NCBI RefSeq assembly: GCF_947497555.1
Contig: NZ_CANMGY010000002.1
Coordinates: 239,080 to 303,079 of the forward strand
Length of the DNA stretch: 64,000 nucleotides
Source of the DNA: an uncultured Umboniibacter sp.
GTDB lineage: Bacteria > Pseudomonadota > Gammaproteobacteria > Pseudomonadales > DSM-25080
Direction: 5' to 3'
Shown: positions 47,944 to 56,050 of the stretch, piece after piece
Numbering within the stretch: the first letter of the stretch is position 1
How the letters are laid out: every line of letters starts with the position of its first letter
Translations under genes and position numbers: made by a program
Notes under the pieces: generated by a model
Told to the model about the DNA's origin: nothing
Databases searched by the model: none
What the model saw: the letters and a program-made list of their open reading frames with translations, nothing else

Positions 47944-48978
47944 TTAGTCCCAGTTAAGAATTACCTTGCCACACTGACCACTCTCCATCATCTCAAACCC
48001 CTTTTGGAAGTCATCTACGTGGTAGTGGTGGGTAATAATCGGCTCAAGATTAAGGCCACTTTGGAGCATACTTGCCATTTTATACCAAGTCTCGAACATC
48101 TCTCTGCCGTAAATACCCTTGATGAACAGACCCTTGAAGATAACTTCGTTCCAGTCAATTGCTAGTTCAGAGCTTGGGATTCCCAATAGCGCAACCCTTC
48201 CGCCGTGATTCATCTTTGCCAGCATATCTCGGAACGCGTGACCGTTCCCTGACATTTCCAAGCCCACGTCAAAGCCTTCATCCATGCCAAGGTCTTGCAT
48301 TACATCAGTTAATGACTGGGTATTAACGTTCACAACACGTGAAGCTCCCATTTTTTGCGCTAGTTCTAGACGATAGGGATTGATATCGGTGACAACTACA
48401 TGACGGGCGCCAACATGACGAGCAATGGCTACGGCCATAATGCCAATTGGGCCGGCACCGGTAATCAATACATCTTCACCAACTAGGTCGAAACTCAAAG
48501 CAGTATGCGCTGCATTTCCATAGGGGTCGAAAATTGCCGCCAAATCGTCGGAAATATTATCCGGAATCTTAAATGCGTTCACCGCAGGAATGGCCAAGTA
48601 CTCAGCAAATGCACCGGGTATATTTACGCCCACCCCTTCAGTGTTACGACAGAGATGGCGCTTACCAGCTCGGCAGTTACGGCAGTGCCCACAGGTAATA
48701 TGCCCTTCGCCCGAAACCCTGTCTCCAAGCGCAAAGCCTGAAACTTGAGATCCTAGCTCAACGACCTCACCAATAAACTCATGCCCCACATTCATACCAA
48801 CGGGAATAGTTTTCTGCGACCACTCATCCCACTTAAAAATGTGCAGATCGGTCCCACAGATTGCCGTCTTGCGAATCTTAATGAGCACATCATTAGGACC
48901 GCAGCTTGGCTTCTCAATCTGCTGCATCCATAGACCGCGTTCGGCTTTTTCCTTGACCAATGCTTTCATTGTTGTCAT
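47944..48978 (-). CDS. tdh: L-threonine 3-dehydrogenase
   Basis: [44 protein letters not shown] parallels E. coli Tdh. The ATG at 48978 overlaps the kbl TAA (TAATG). An alternative ATG lies at 48969. Confidence 0.95.
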   Translation of the reverse strand: MTTMKALVKEKAERGLWMQQIEKPSCGPNDVLIKIRKTAICGTDLHIFKWDEWSQKTIPVGMNVGHEFIGEVVELGSQVSGFALGDRVSGEGHITCGHCRNCRAGKRHLCRNTEGVGVNIPGAFAEYLAIPAVNAFKIPDNISDDLAAIFDPYGNAAHTALSFDLVGEDVLITGAGPIGIMAVAIARHVGARHVVVTDINPYRLELAQKMGASRVVNVNTQSLTDVMQDLGMDEGFDVGLEMSGNGHAFRDMLAKMNHGGRVALLGIPSSELAIDWNEVIFKGLFIKGIYGREMFETWYKMASMLQSGLNLEPIITHHYHVDDFQKGFEMMESGQCGKVILNWD

Positions 48979-50177
48979 TAGATAATCTCCATCTCGCGGC
49001 CAACCTCAATAAATGCATCGATTGCCTTGTCGAGCTGCGCTCTTGTGTGAATCGCAGACATTTGCGTTCGAATTCTCGCCTCCCCCTTCGGTACAACTGG
49101 GAATGAAAAGCCAATCACGTAGATACCGCGCTTTAGCAGTTCCGCTGACATATCCGCCGCTTTCTTTGCATCGCCAATCATCACTGGAACAATGGGGTGA
49201 TCGGCACCCGCTAGCGTGAAACCAGCGGCCGTCATTCGGTTACGAAAATGAGCTGCGTTAGCCTCTAGTTGAACACGGCGTTCAGCACCGGTCGCAACCA
49301 TCTCTAAAACATGGCGAGTTGCCGAAGCGATCGATGGCGCTAGAGAGTTAGAAAACAGATAGGGGCGAGAACGCTGACGCAACAGGTCCGTGACCGATTT
49401 GCTTGCCGCCGTGTAACCACCCGATGCACCACCAAGCGCCTTACCTAGGGTTCCGGTAATGATATCTACACGATCCAATACCCCACAGTACTCGTGGGAG
49501 CCCTTGCCATTAGCGCCCAGGAAACCTACCGCATGCGAATCGTCAACCATCACCATGGCATTGTACTTGTCCGCCAAATCACAGATCGACTTAAGATCAG
49601 CGATGACACCATCCATTGAGAAGACACCATCGGTGGCAATCAGTTTAAATCGAGCGCCCGCTTTGTCAGCAGCAATTAACTGCTCTTCCAGTGCGTGCAT
49701 GTCATTATTTGCATAACGAAAACGCTTGGCTTTACAAAGACGAACACCATCGATTATCGAGGCGTGATTGAGAGCGTCGGATATAATGGCGTCTTCTGGC
49801 CCTAATAGCACCTCGAACAAGCCACCATTAGCGTCGAAACAGCTAGCATAGAGAACGACATCCTCGGTACCAAGAAATTTTGCAAGATCTGCTTCAAGTT
49901 GTTTATGAATATCCTGTGTACCGCAGATAAAACGCACCGAAGCAACTCCGAAACCATAGTCAGCTAAACCATTCTGGCCGGATTTAATCAATTCAGGGTC
50001 ATTCGCCAAGCCCAGATAATTATTCGCACAAAGATTAATGACTTCACCGGTGCTTTGAACATTTATCTCAGCGCTTTGCTGCCCAGTAATAATTCGTTCA
50101 CCTTTGAACAACCCTGCCGCTTTTATATCTGCAAGTTCAGTATTTAGATGCTCGTAAAACGCAGATTTCATCATCAT
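48978..50177 (-). CDS. kbl: glycine C-acetyltransferase (2-amino-3-ketobutyrate CoA ligase)
   Basis: Start trimmed to the triple ATG at 50177/50174/50171, with GGGAG just upstream. [28 protein letters not shown] and [10 protein letters not shown]-type motifs match Kbl. The length of about 398 aa fits. Confidence 0.95.
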   Translation of the reverse strand: MMMKSAFYEHLNTELADIKAAGLFKGERIITGQQSAEINVQSTGEVINLCANNYLGLANDPELIKSGQNGLADYGFGVASVRFICGTQDIHKQLEADLAKFLGTEDVVLYASCFDANGGLFEVLLGPEDAIISDALNHASIIDGVRLCKAKRFRYANNDMHALEEQLIAADKAGARFKLIATDGVFSMDGVIADLKSICDLADKYNAMVMVDDSHAVGFLGANGKGSHEYCGVLDRVDIITGTLGKALGGASGGYTAASKSVTDLLRQRSRPYLFSNSLAPSIASATRHVLEMVATGAERRVQLEANAAHFRNRMTAAGFTLAGADHPIVPVMIGDAKKAADMSAELLKRGIYVIGFSFPVVPKGEARIRTQMSAIHTRAQLDKAIDAFIEVGREMEII

Positions 50178-50518
50178 CTCCCACTCAAAATTAACGCCGA
50201 TTGAGACTATTTTATCCCCAATACAGTTAAATAGACAATTAAATAAACGTATAGATTTACTTATGTAAATATTCTCTCCCGCCAACGGAATCCCCTCCAG
50301 AAGAATTACAAGAGGGGTGAAGTAAACCGAAAATAAGCGGCTCAGCCTTAAATGTAGCTTAAAGCTCAGACAAAGGAGAACTGTCACCGTTGACGAAGTA
50401 CTCGCGGGTTCCCGAGCGTTTTCTTAAATAGAGAAAATAATTACTAATTTTGTGAACTTTCTCGACTTACCCCGGTCTGATAATTCAGATACCCGCTTGA
50501 AATGAGTATCTCTCCCCC

Positions 50519-50561
50519 AAAAAAGAAACGGCCCAGTTAGTTAACTGGGTCGTTTCTTTTT
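50519..50561 (-). terminator. terminator of the SLC13-arsR transcription unit
   Basis: A 14-bp stem GAAACGGCCCAGTT/AACTGGGTCGTTTC is flanked by A6 and T5. It lies 65 nt downstream of the arsR stop. Confidence 0.75.
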
Positions 50562-50620
50562 CTAGCTACTTACTCAATTTTTTATATTTGCGCTTTATCA
50601 TTAAGCTAGCACTTAGTGAT

Positions 50621-50953
50621 TCACTTCGTCTTATGCTCAATAAATTCTTCGGGCTGGCAAATTACCTCCTGAAGAGTAGCCAATAGCTCAACGACTCGAT
50701 GATCCGCCAAACGATAGTGTACTTCAGTTCCCTTTCGAGCAGTGGACACAACCCCGGCCTGCCTAAGGTTGGCCAAATGCTGGGATAGCGCAGATTGTGA
50801 AAGCGAAAGTTTAGACTGCAGCGAACTCACTGATAGTGTCTCTTCATGGAGATAGCATAAAATCAGCAACCGATGACGATTAGCCATTAGCTTCAATAAG
50901 GCCGCTGCTTCCCCACTTCGTTCCTCCAATAAATCCGCTTCAATACTAGGCAT
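50621..50953 (-). CDS. ArsR/SmtB-family transcriptional regulator
   Basis: 110 aa. LKLMANRHRLLILCYL....LSVSSLQSKLSLSQSALSQHLANLRQAGVV is the winged-helix core. The ATG immediately follows the TAG of the upstream permease. Confidence 0.85.
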   Translation of the reverse strand: MPSIEADLLEERSGEAAALLKLMANRHRLLILCYLHEETLSVSSLQSKLSLSQSALSQHLANLRQAGVVSTARKGTEVHYRLADHRVVELLATLQEVICQPEEFIEHKTK

Positions 50954-52750
50954 CTACAGCACTCCGATATATAACGCCAAACTAATAATTAAGGCATACG
51001 AAAACGTTTGCCAAATGCCGACAGTAAAATAGTCTTTGGTCTGATACTCGCCAGACGCTTGCACCAGTGTATTGACCTGTGAACTGGACAGCACAAAGGT
51101 GTTCGACACGGCAATGGCTACGCCTAGCGCCAGAGAGTTCACGTCAAGGTCCATTGCCACAGCTATTTGAGCCGCCACCGGGATCATCACTGTTGCGGCA
51201 CCGACGTTGGTCATTGCCATACCGGCAACTAACGCAAAAAATGAAAGGAACATACACATCTCGAAGAAGTGCATCCCGTAGAAGAAGTGCTGCAGAATAT
51301 CGGCTAAATAAGCTGCACTGCCCGAGAAAGAAACCGCTGAACCAATAGGTATCATGGCGCCCAATAGAGCTACTGTCGACCAATTAACCTCTCTGATGAC
51401 ATCTTTAAAATTAAACAATTTCGCTGACACCATCCAAGCCACGCCCAAGCTAAAGGCTAGCGATGAAGGGATTTCGAGCAGTAGTCCAACTGCCGCGATG
51501 GCGAGACCTACAAGAGCATGTGGAGCCTTGTCACGATTGTAAGGCGTGGGTGCGGTTCCTAGTAGCCAGAGCTCTCGAGGCTTATTAAAGCGAGTGAGGT
51601 TATGCCAAGCGGCGTAGCCATAAATCATATCTCCTTCACGTAATCTCCGATTGCGGAGATTATATTGTTTCAATTTACCACCAGAGGAAATTACCAGTGG
51701 CGCAACGCCATAGTTCTTCCGAATACTGACTTTGCGAATACGTTGTCCTGCCAATGGTGAGCCTACGGGAACCAGCATTTCAACAAAATCTGCAGTCCCC
51801 GTGGAGAATGCACTGGGCTTTAGTTTGCAGTTATTAATTCCTGGTTCTTTGATCAAATCAGCGAGCTCTTCGTCGGTTGCAAAGACGGCAATAACGGTGG
51901 ATCGTGGAATCGAATCGTGACGATAGGGTGTATAGATCCACTTTCCATCGCGCAAGTATGCCGCGACAGTAATCCTAAAGATTCGTTCAAATGAACCAAA
52001 TTTACGTCCCACAAAGCGACTATGATTATCGAGTGTAATCCCTCGCAACCGAGGACGAATACTATACTGGTCACCGCGACTTAAGGACTTTAAAACGGAT
52101 CGACTTGGCAAGAGGCGCTGGCCGATTAATAGATGAATGACAATGGCTGCGAGTAAAATGAACAAACCCGTAGTGAAGGGAGCAAGAAAACCAATATCGA
52201 CGTGCTCGACGGGGATTAGATCCTGAACCAAAATTAACGGCGCGGTTCCCACCAATGTCATGGTGCCTCCGGCGGCCGCAGCTATAGCAATCGGCATTGC
52301 TAGACGAGAGATAGATATCTTAAGCTGTCGAGAGAGGACCGTTGCCACAGGCAAAAATAAAGCAACTACCGCCGTATTTTGAATAACAGCAGAGACCATC
52401 CCGGCTACCAACATCAACAGACCAGTGACTCTTAACTCATCATTTCGACCGTGCCGTGCAATCCAGCGACTAATACTGTCCATCAATCCTGCCGTTTGCA
52501 GGCCGACCGCAACTAACATAACGGCGACTAACGAAATCACTGCATTAGATGAATAACCATCCCAAAGGCTGTTGATATTAGGCAAAAGTTCTAGCCCAAA
52601 GTAGCTAGCACTGCCGAGCACCAACATTCCCCCCAAGGCCACAGATTCCGAGCGAAATCGGCCCACAAGAAATAGCACTAGTAAGCAACTAACTAAAGTA
52701 AGCGTGAAAAAAATACTGGGAGTCATCAACGGTCCGCTAATAAAAGACAA
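50954..52750 (-). CDS. SLC13/DASS-type anion permease with central TrkA-C domains
   Basis: 598 aa. Two hydrophobic halves flank a soluble region of about 170 aa. That region carries the ...G.P.AG..I......R..YG..P... pattern typical of paired TrkA-C domains in this permease family. Confidence 0.7.
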   Translation of the reverse strand: MSFISGPLMTPSIFFTLTLVSCLLVLFLVGRFRSESVALGGMLVLGSASYFGLELLPNINSLWDGYSSNAVISLVAVMLVAVGLQTAGLMDSISRWIARHGRNDELRVTGLLMLVAGMVSAVIQNTAVVALFLPVATVLSRQLKISISRLAMPIAIAAAAGGTMTLVGTAPLILVQDLIPVEHVDIGFLAPFTTGLFILLAAIVIHLLIGQRLLPSRSVLKSLSRGDQYSIRPRLRGITLDNHSRFVGRKFGSFERIFRITVAAYLRDGKWIYTPYRHDSIPRSTVIAVFATDEELADLIKEPGINNCKLKPSAFSTGTADFVEMLVPVGSPLAGQRIRKVSIRKNYGVAPLVISSGGKLKQYNLRNRRLREGDMIYGYAAWHNLTRFNKPRELWLLGTAPTPYNRDKAPHALVGLAIAAVGLLLEIPSSLAFSLGVAWMVSAKLFNFKDVIREVNWSTVALLGAMIPIGSAVSFSGSAAYLADILQHFFYGMHFFEMCMFLSFFALVAGMAMTNVGAATVMIPVAAQIAVAMDLDVNSLALGVAIAVSNTFVLSSSQVNTLVQASGEYQTKDYFTVGIWQTFSYALIISLALYIGVL

Positions 52751-52905
52751 CTTTAATTTTAATATTAGTTAAATCTAAAGTATTAGGGGAAATTTTTATA
52801 CAAGAAATCACATAGCTACAGCGTATTTCCGCGGATAGTACTCAAGTTGCTAAATTGAGATTATAAATCCCGCAAGCAGTAGCAATTCTCTCTACGAGAA
52901 TTTTT

Positions 52906-52948
52906 AATCCCGGTACTCTCCCCCTTATATAGAGCCGGGATTTTTTTT
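52906..52948 (+). terminator. strong plus-strand intrinsic terminator with no annotated plus-strand gene
   Basis: Stem AATCCCGG(ta)CTCT / loop / AGAGCCGGGATT runs into T8. In the minus orientation it is followed by an A-run rather than a U-run. Confidence 0.65.
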
Positions 52949-52965
52949 GCCTATCGGAAACTCAA

Positions 52966-53961
52966 TTATTCTCGCTCAGCGCTCGGTTGATTAACGAGCT
53001 GATCTTGAGCCCAAAGTTTTCGCCGCATCCCCGCATCGACATTTCCTCCCGATAAGACGATCAAGATGCGCTGAGGCAAAACTGAACGCTTAACGTGTTG
53101 TAACACCGCCGACATCGTCATGGCACTAGTCGGCTCAACTTGAAGTTTTAGAAGATGATTCAGCCATTGATACCAATAGACAATATCCTTTTCAGAAACC
53201 TCGTAGAAACCATCTAATTGCTGTAATAGAGGGAAGTTATGTTCCCCCACGCGCAATGTCATAGCGCCATCGGCTAGCGTGCTTGGCGCCTCGGCCAATC
53301 CGCAAATTCTTCCCGCTCGCAAAGATTGTGCGGCATCGTTAGCCGCCTGAGGCTCTGCACCCACAATTTGAGCATGGCTTCCCGCGTTCTTTACAGCAAG
53401 TAATGAACCCGCTAGGAGTCCACCGCCACCACAGGGGGCTGCAATCACATCAAGATCAGCGACTTGCTCGAGTGCTTCGGCGACCGCAGTGCCCTGCCCG
53501 GCAATAATATCGGGATGATCATAGGGGGGAAGCCAGAGCGTACCGGGTTCTGTGGATAATCGATGAACTTCTCTATCTACCCAAAACCGATCCTCCCCAA
53601 GGATAACTTCAGCGCCATAACCTCGGGTTGCCTGAGCTTTCACTGGCGAGACACTCTTGGGCATTAATATTGTCGCTGGCAAGCCCGCTTCACGAGCGGC
53701 CCAAGCAACTGCCTGAGCATGATTACCAGAACTATTTGCTACCACTCGTTGAATACCATGATCAGGACTAGAAAGTGCCTTAGTTAGCATATTTAAAGCG
53801 CCTCGAGCTTTAAATGCACCAACTGACTGTAGACACTCTGCCTTAAAGAAAAACTCATGACCTAGGTAATCATTAAGCAATTGACTACTAAAAATGGGCG
53901 TCCTTTTTATTCTCCCCGCTAGGCGAACCTGAGCCTCGCGAATTTCTCTCGGGTCAATCAC
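52966..53961 (-). CDS. fold-type II PLP-dependent enzyme (threonine/serine dehydratase or serine-racemase-like)
   Basis: 331 aa. It has TPIFSS...L......FFKAECLQSVGAFKARGALN (PLP lysine in FKARG), the phosphate loop GGGGL and the LSGGN tail. The GTG start has a GAGGAG 5 nt upstream. Confidence 0.85.
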   Translation of the reverse strand: MIDPREIREAQVRLAGRIKRTPIFSSQLLNDYLGHEFFFKAECLQSVGAFKARGALNMLTKALSSPDHGIQRVVANSSGNHAQAVAWAAREAGLPATILMPKSVSPVKAQATRGYGAEVILGEDRFWVDREVHRLSTEPGTLWLPPYDHPDIIAGQGTAVAEALEQVADLDVIAAPCGGGGLLAGSLLAVKNAGSHAQIVGAEPQAANDAAQSLRAGRICGLAEAPSTLADGAMTLRVGEHNFPLLQQLDGFYEVSEKDIVYWYQWLNHLLKLQVEPTSAMTMSAVLQHVKRSVLPQRILIVLSGGNVDAGMRRKLWAQDQLVNQPSAERE

Positions 53962-54104
53962 GTCATCTCCTCATTCAACATCTCATTCAGTGGCTCGCTC
54001 AACATCTTATTCGAGATATCAGTTAAGTTCTCACTCAGCGTCGCGCTCAACACCTTGAGGAAAGTTACGAGGGGAATCAACTCATCTAAGTGAATGATAG
54101 CCAT
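53958..54104 (-). CDS. candidate 48-codon micro-ORF (MAIIHLDELIPLVTFLKVLSATLSENLTDISNKMLSEPLNEMLNEEMT)
   Basis: It fills the whole 142-bp spacer. Its ATG overlaps the sulfotransferase TAA (TAATG) and its TGA overlaps the GTG of the PLP enzyme (GTGA). It has an internal repeat K(V/M)LS..L(S/N)E. I recognise no homology. Confidence 0.3.
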   Translation of the reverse strand: MAIIHLDELIPLVTFLKVLSATLSENLTDISNKMLSEPLNEMLNEEMT

Positions 54105-55963
54105 TAGCGTAGCCCCAACGCCTGTTTCAGCGGAGCAAGTTGCTCTGAGTATCGTTTCCATGCAGCAACCGATGATTGGTAAATTGGCTGCCTTACCTGC
54201 GAGGCACTCGGTGTACGAACAAGGCGTTTTGAAGCATGAAAATCAAGCACTTCAGCTTCAAACTCCAAGTCGATAAAGTCCAGTAAATGCTTGGCTTGAG
54301 TCTCTAGATCGGCAACCGTTGCCTCATATTCACAGGCGTAAACCCGCCCTGGGAATTGCTGCTGCCAGCCTGCCATGAGGTGTTCGTAACGGCGATAGTA
54401 TTGCCCAAGGGATTGCAAGCTGTGCGCGTAGGATTGGGAATCGCCAAAGGGTAATTTAAAGATCGAAAAACAATTATCCATCGGTTCACGAATGCAGTTA
54501 ATGAACTTCGCGCTTGGGAAAATACGCGCCAATAGCCCGATGTACTGAAAGTTTAATGGTGTCTTATCAACAATCACCTTATTAGCAAGTGCTTCTTCGC
54601 TAAACCTAACCAAGTACGCCTTTGCCAGACTCGAAAGCTGGTCGGCCTTCAGGGATTGTACCCCAGCGGGGTATGTCGCTCCGGTTAAATTCTCTACATC
54701 ACGCGCAACATCATAGGCATAGGAAACTTCGCCCGCACCAAACACATCACTATGGCTAGCCAAAATCTGTTCAGTTAGAGTGGTACCAGAACGCGGCATG
54801 CCCAGTACGAATACTAACTGAGGGCTGTCCTTGAGTGAGTCTTCGACATTCACTGAACAGGCTGCTGACTCACTCAATAGACTGTCTAGGTAACGTTCAG
54901 CCTGAACGTCATCATAGGGGTTGTGTTGGGCATTAATCTTATTTCCCGCTGCCAAGAAGGAAAAGGCTTCGTCATACTCGCCCTGTTGCTCAAGTGCCTT
55001 GAATAAACCGAAGCCCAGGTGCATTCGTTCTTGCTCAGGGATGCCGTCAAGATTCCATAAACGTTTCATCTCTTCAATTTCTTCGAGCGAGGAGCGTCGT
55101 CCTTTTAACTGCGCCAACTGATAATGCGACATGACATTATTTGGCGCTTCATCAATCGCTCGCAAAAAGTATTCAGCAGCCAAAGTTAAATCGCCTAACT
55201 GCTCCGCCAACACTCCTAAACTCGTTAGCGCTTGAGGATTATTCGGTGAAAACTCGAGCACCTTTTCTAGCACCAATTGAGCCTGTTTAGGTTGCTCACT
55301 TTCACGTAGTACATTCGCTAAATTAATATGAGCGTCTGTATAGTGCGGGTGAATCTTAATTGCCGCCCGATAATCCAGGATCGCCTGATTAAAGTTGGCG
55401 AAATGACGTGCGATCTCAGCTCGGGTATTGAGTGCCTGGGCGATATTAGCATCCAGTCTCAATGCCCTGTCGCAGGCAATAGCGGCTTCTTTATGCTGGC
55501 CTGTCATTAATAACGCTGAGCCAAGGTTAGTCCAAGCCTCGGCGTACTGAGGAGCCTCAGCCAAAGCCCTATCAAACAGGGGAATGGCCTCTCCCGGGCG
55601 TTGTAATTCCGTAAGTAGGTTCGCGAGGTTGTTTAAGACGACAGGGTTGCGGCCATTCAAACTAAGACTTCGTTTAAAGTGCTGCTCCGCCAACTCGGCT
55701 TGGCCCAGTTCACGATATGCTAAGCCAATATTGCCATGCGCCTGAGGATCAGCTTCGCGATATCGAAGCGCTTTTTCAATGTTCTTTGCGGCCGATTCGG
55801 CTCTACCCTGACCAAGTTCCGCAACCCCAAGTAAATTTAACGCCGGAACATTGCTAGCATCCTTATTCAGAACCTTCTTGAAAAGCTTTATTGCCTGATC
55901 AACCTGACCTAGCTGCTGCGCTTTCAAACCGGCTTTAAGCCACTCGGCTAATTTTGGATTCAT
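54104..55963 (-). CDS. TPR-repeat protein with a C-terminal sulfotransferase domain
   Basis: 619 aa. About 8 TPR units occupy the N-terminal half. These are followed by the PAPS-binding 5'-PSB loop VFVLGMPRSGTTLTEQIL and a 3'-PB-like region. Confidence 0.85.
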   Translation of the reverse strand: MNPKLAEWLKAGLKAQQLGQVDQAIKLFKKVLNKDASNVPALNLLGVAELGQGRAESAAKNIEKALRYREADPQAHGNIGLAYRELGQAELAEQHFKRSLSLNGRNPVVLNNLANLLTELQRPGEAIPLFDRALAEAPQYAEAWTNLGSALLMTGQHKEAAIACDRALRLDANIAQALNTRAEIARHFANFNQAILDYRAAIKIHPHYTDAHINLANVLRESEQPKQAQLVLEKVLEFSPNNPQALTSLGVLAEQLGDLTLAAEYFLRAIDEAPNNVMSHYQLAQLKGRRSSLEEIEEMKRLWNLDGIPEQERMHLGFGLFKALEQQGEYDEAFSFLAAGNKINAQHNPYDDVQAERYLDSLLSESAACSVNVEDSLKDSPQLVFVLGMPRSGTTLTEQILASHSDVFGAGEVSYAYDVARDVENLTGATYPAGVQSLKADQLSSLAKAYLVRFSEEALANKVIVDKTPLNFQYIGLLARIFPSAKFINCIREPMDNCFSIFKLPFGDSQSYAHSLQSLGQYYRRYEHLMAGWQQQFPGRVYACEYEATVADLETQAKHLLDFIDLEFEAEVLDFHASKRLVRTPSASQVRQPIYQSSVAAWKRYSEQLAPLKQALGLR

Positions 55964-55998
55964 TACTTATCCTAAAAACAGATTAACAATAGACTAGC

Positions 55999-56023
55999 AA
56001 AAAAAAGCCCCGCTAGGCGGGGC
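55999..56023 (-). terminator. rho-independent terminator after the TonB-dependent receptor gene
   Basis: On the minus strand, stem GCCCCGC/GCGGGGC is followed by U8. It lies 28 nt after the receptor stop and 36 nt before the sulfotransferase ATG. Confidence 0.8.
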
Positions 56024-56050
56024 TCATTTTATCATGAATATTCGCGAGCG

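Noticed and set aside
50368-50400. Plus-strand ctcagacaaaggagaactgtcaccg, reminiscent of glycine-riboswitch core strings (GGAGA...CACCG, CTCAGGCAAAAGGAC).
   Set aside because: It is on the wrong strand relative to kbl-tdh, with no plus-strand gene downstream. Only short fragments match and the two-aptamer architecture is not visible.
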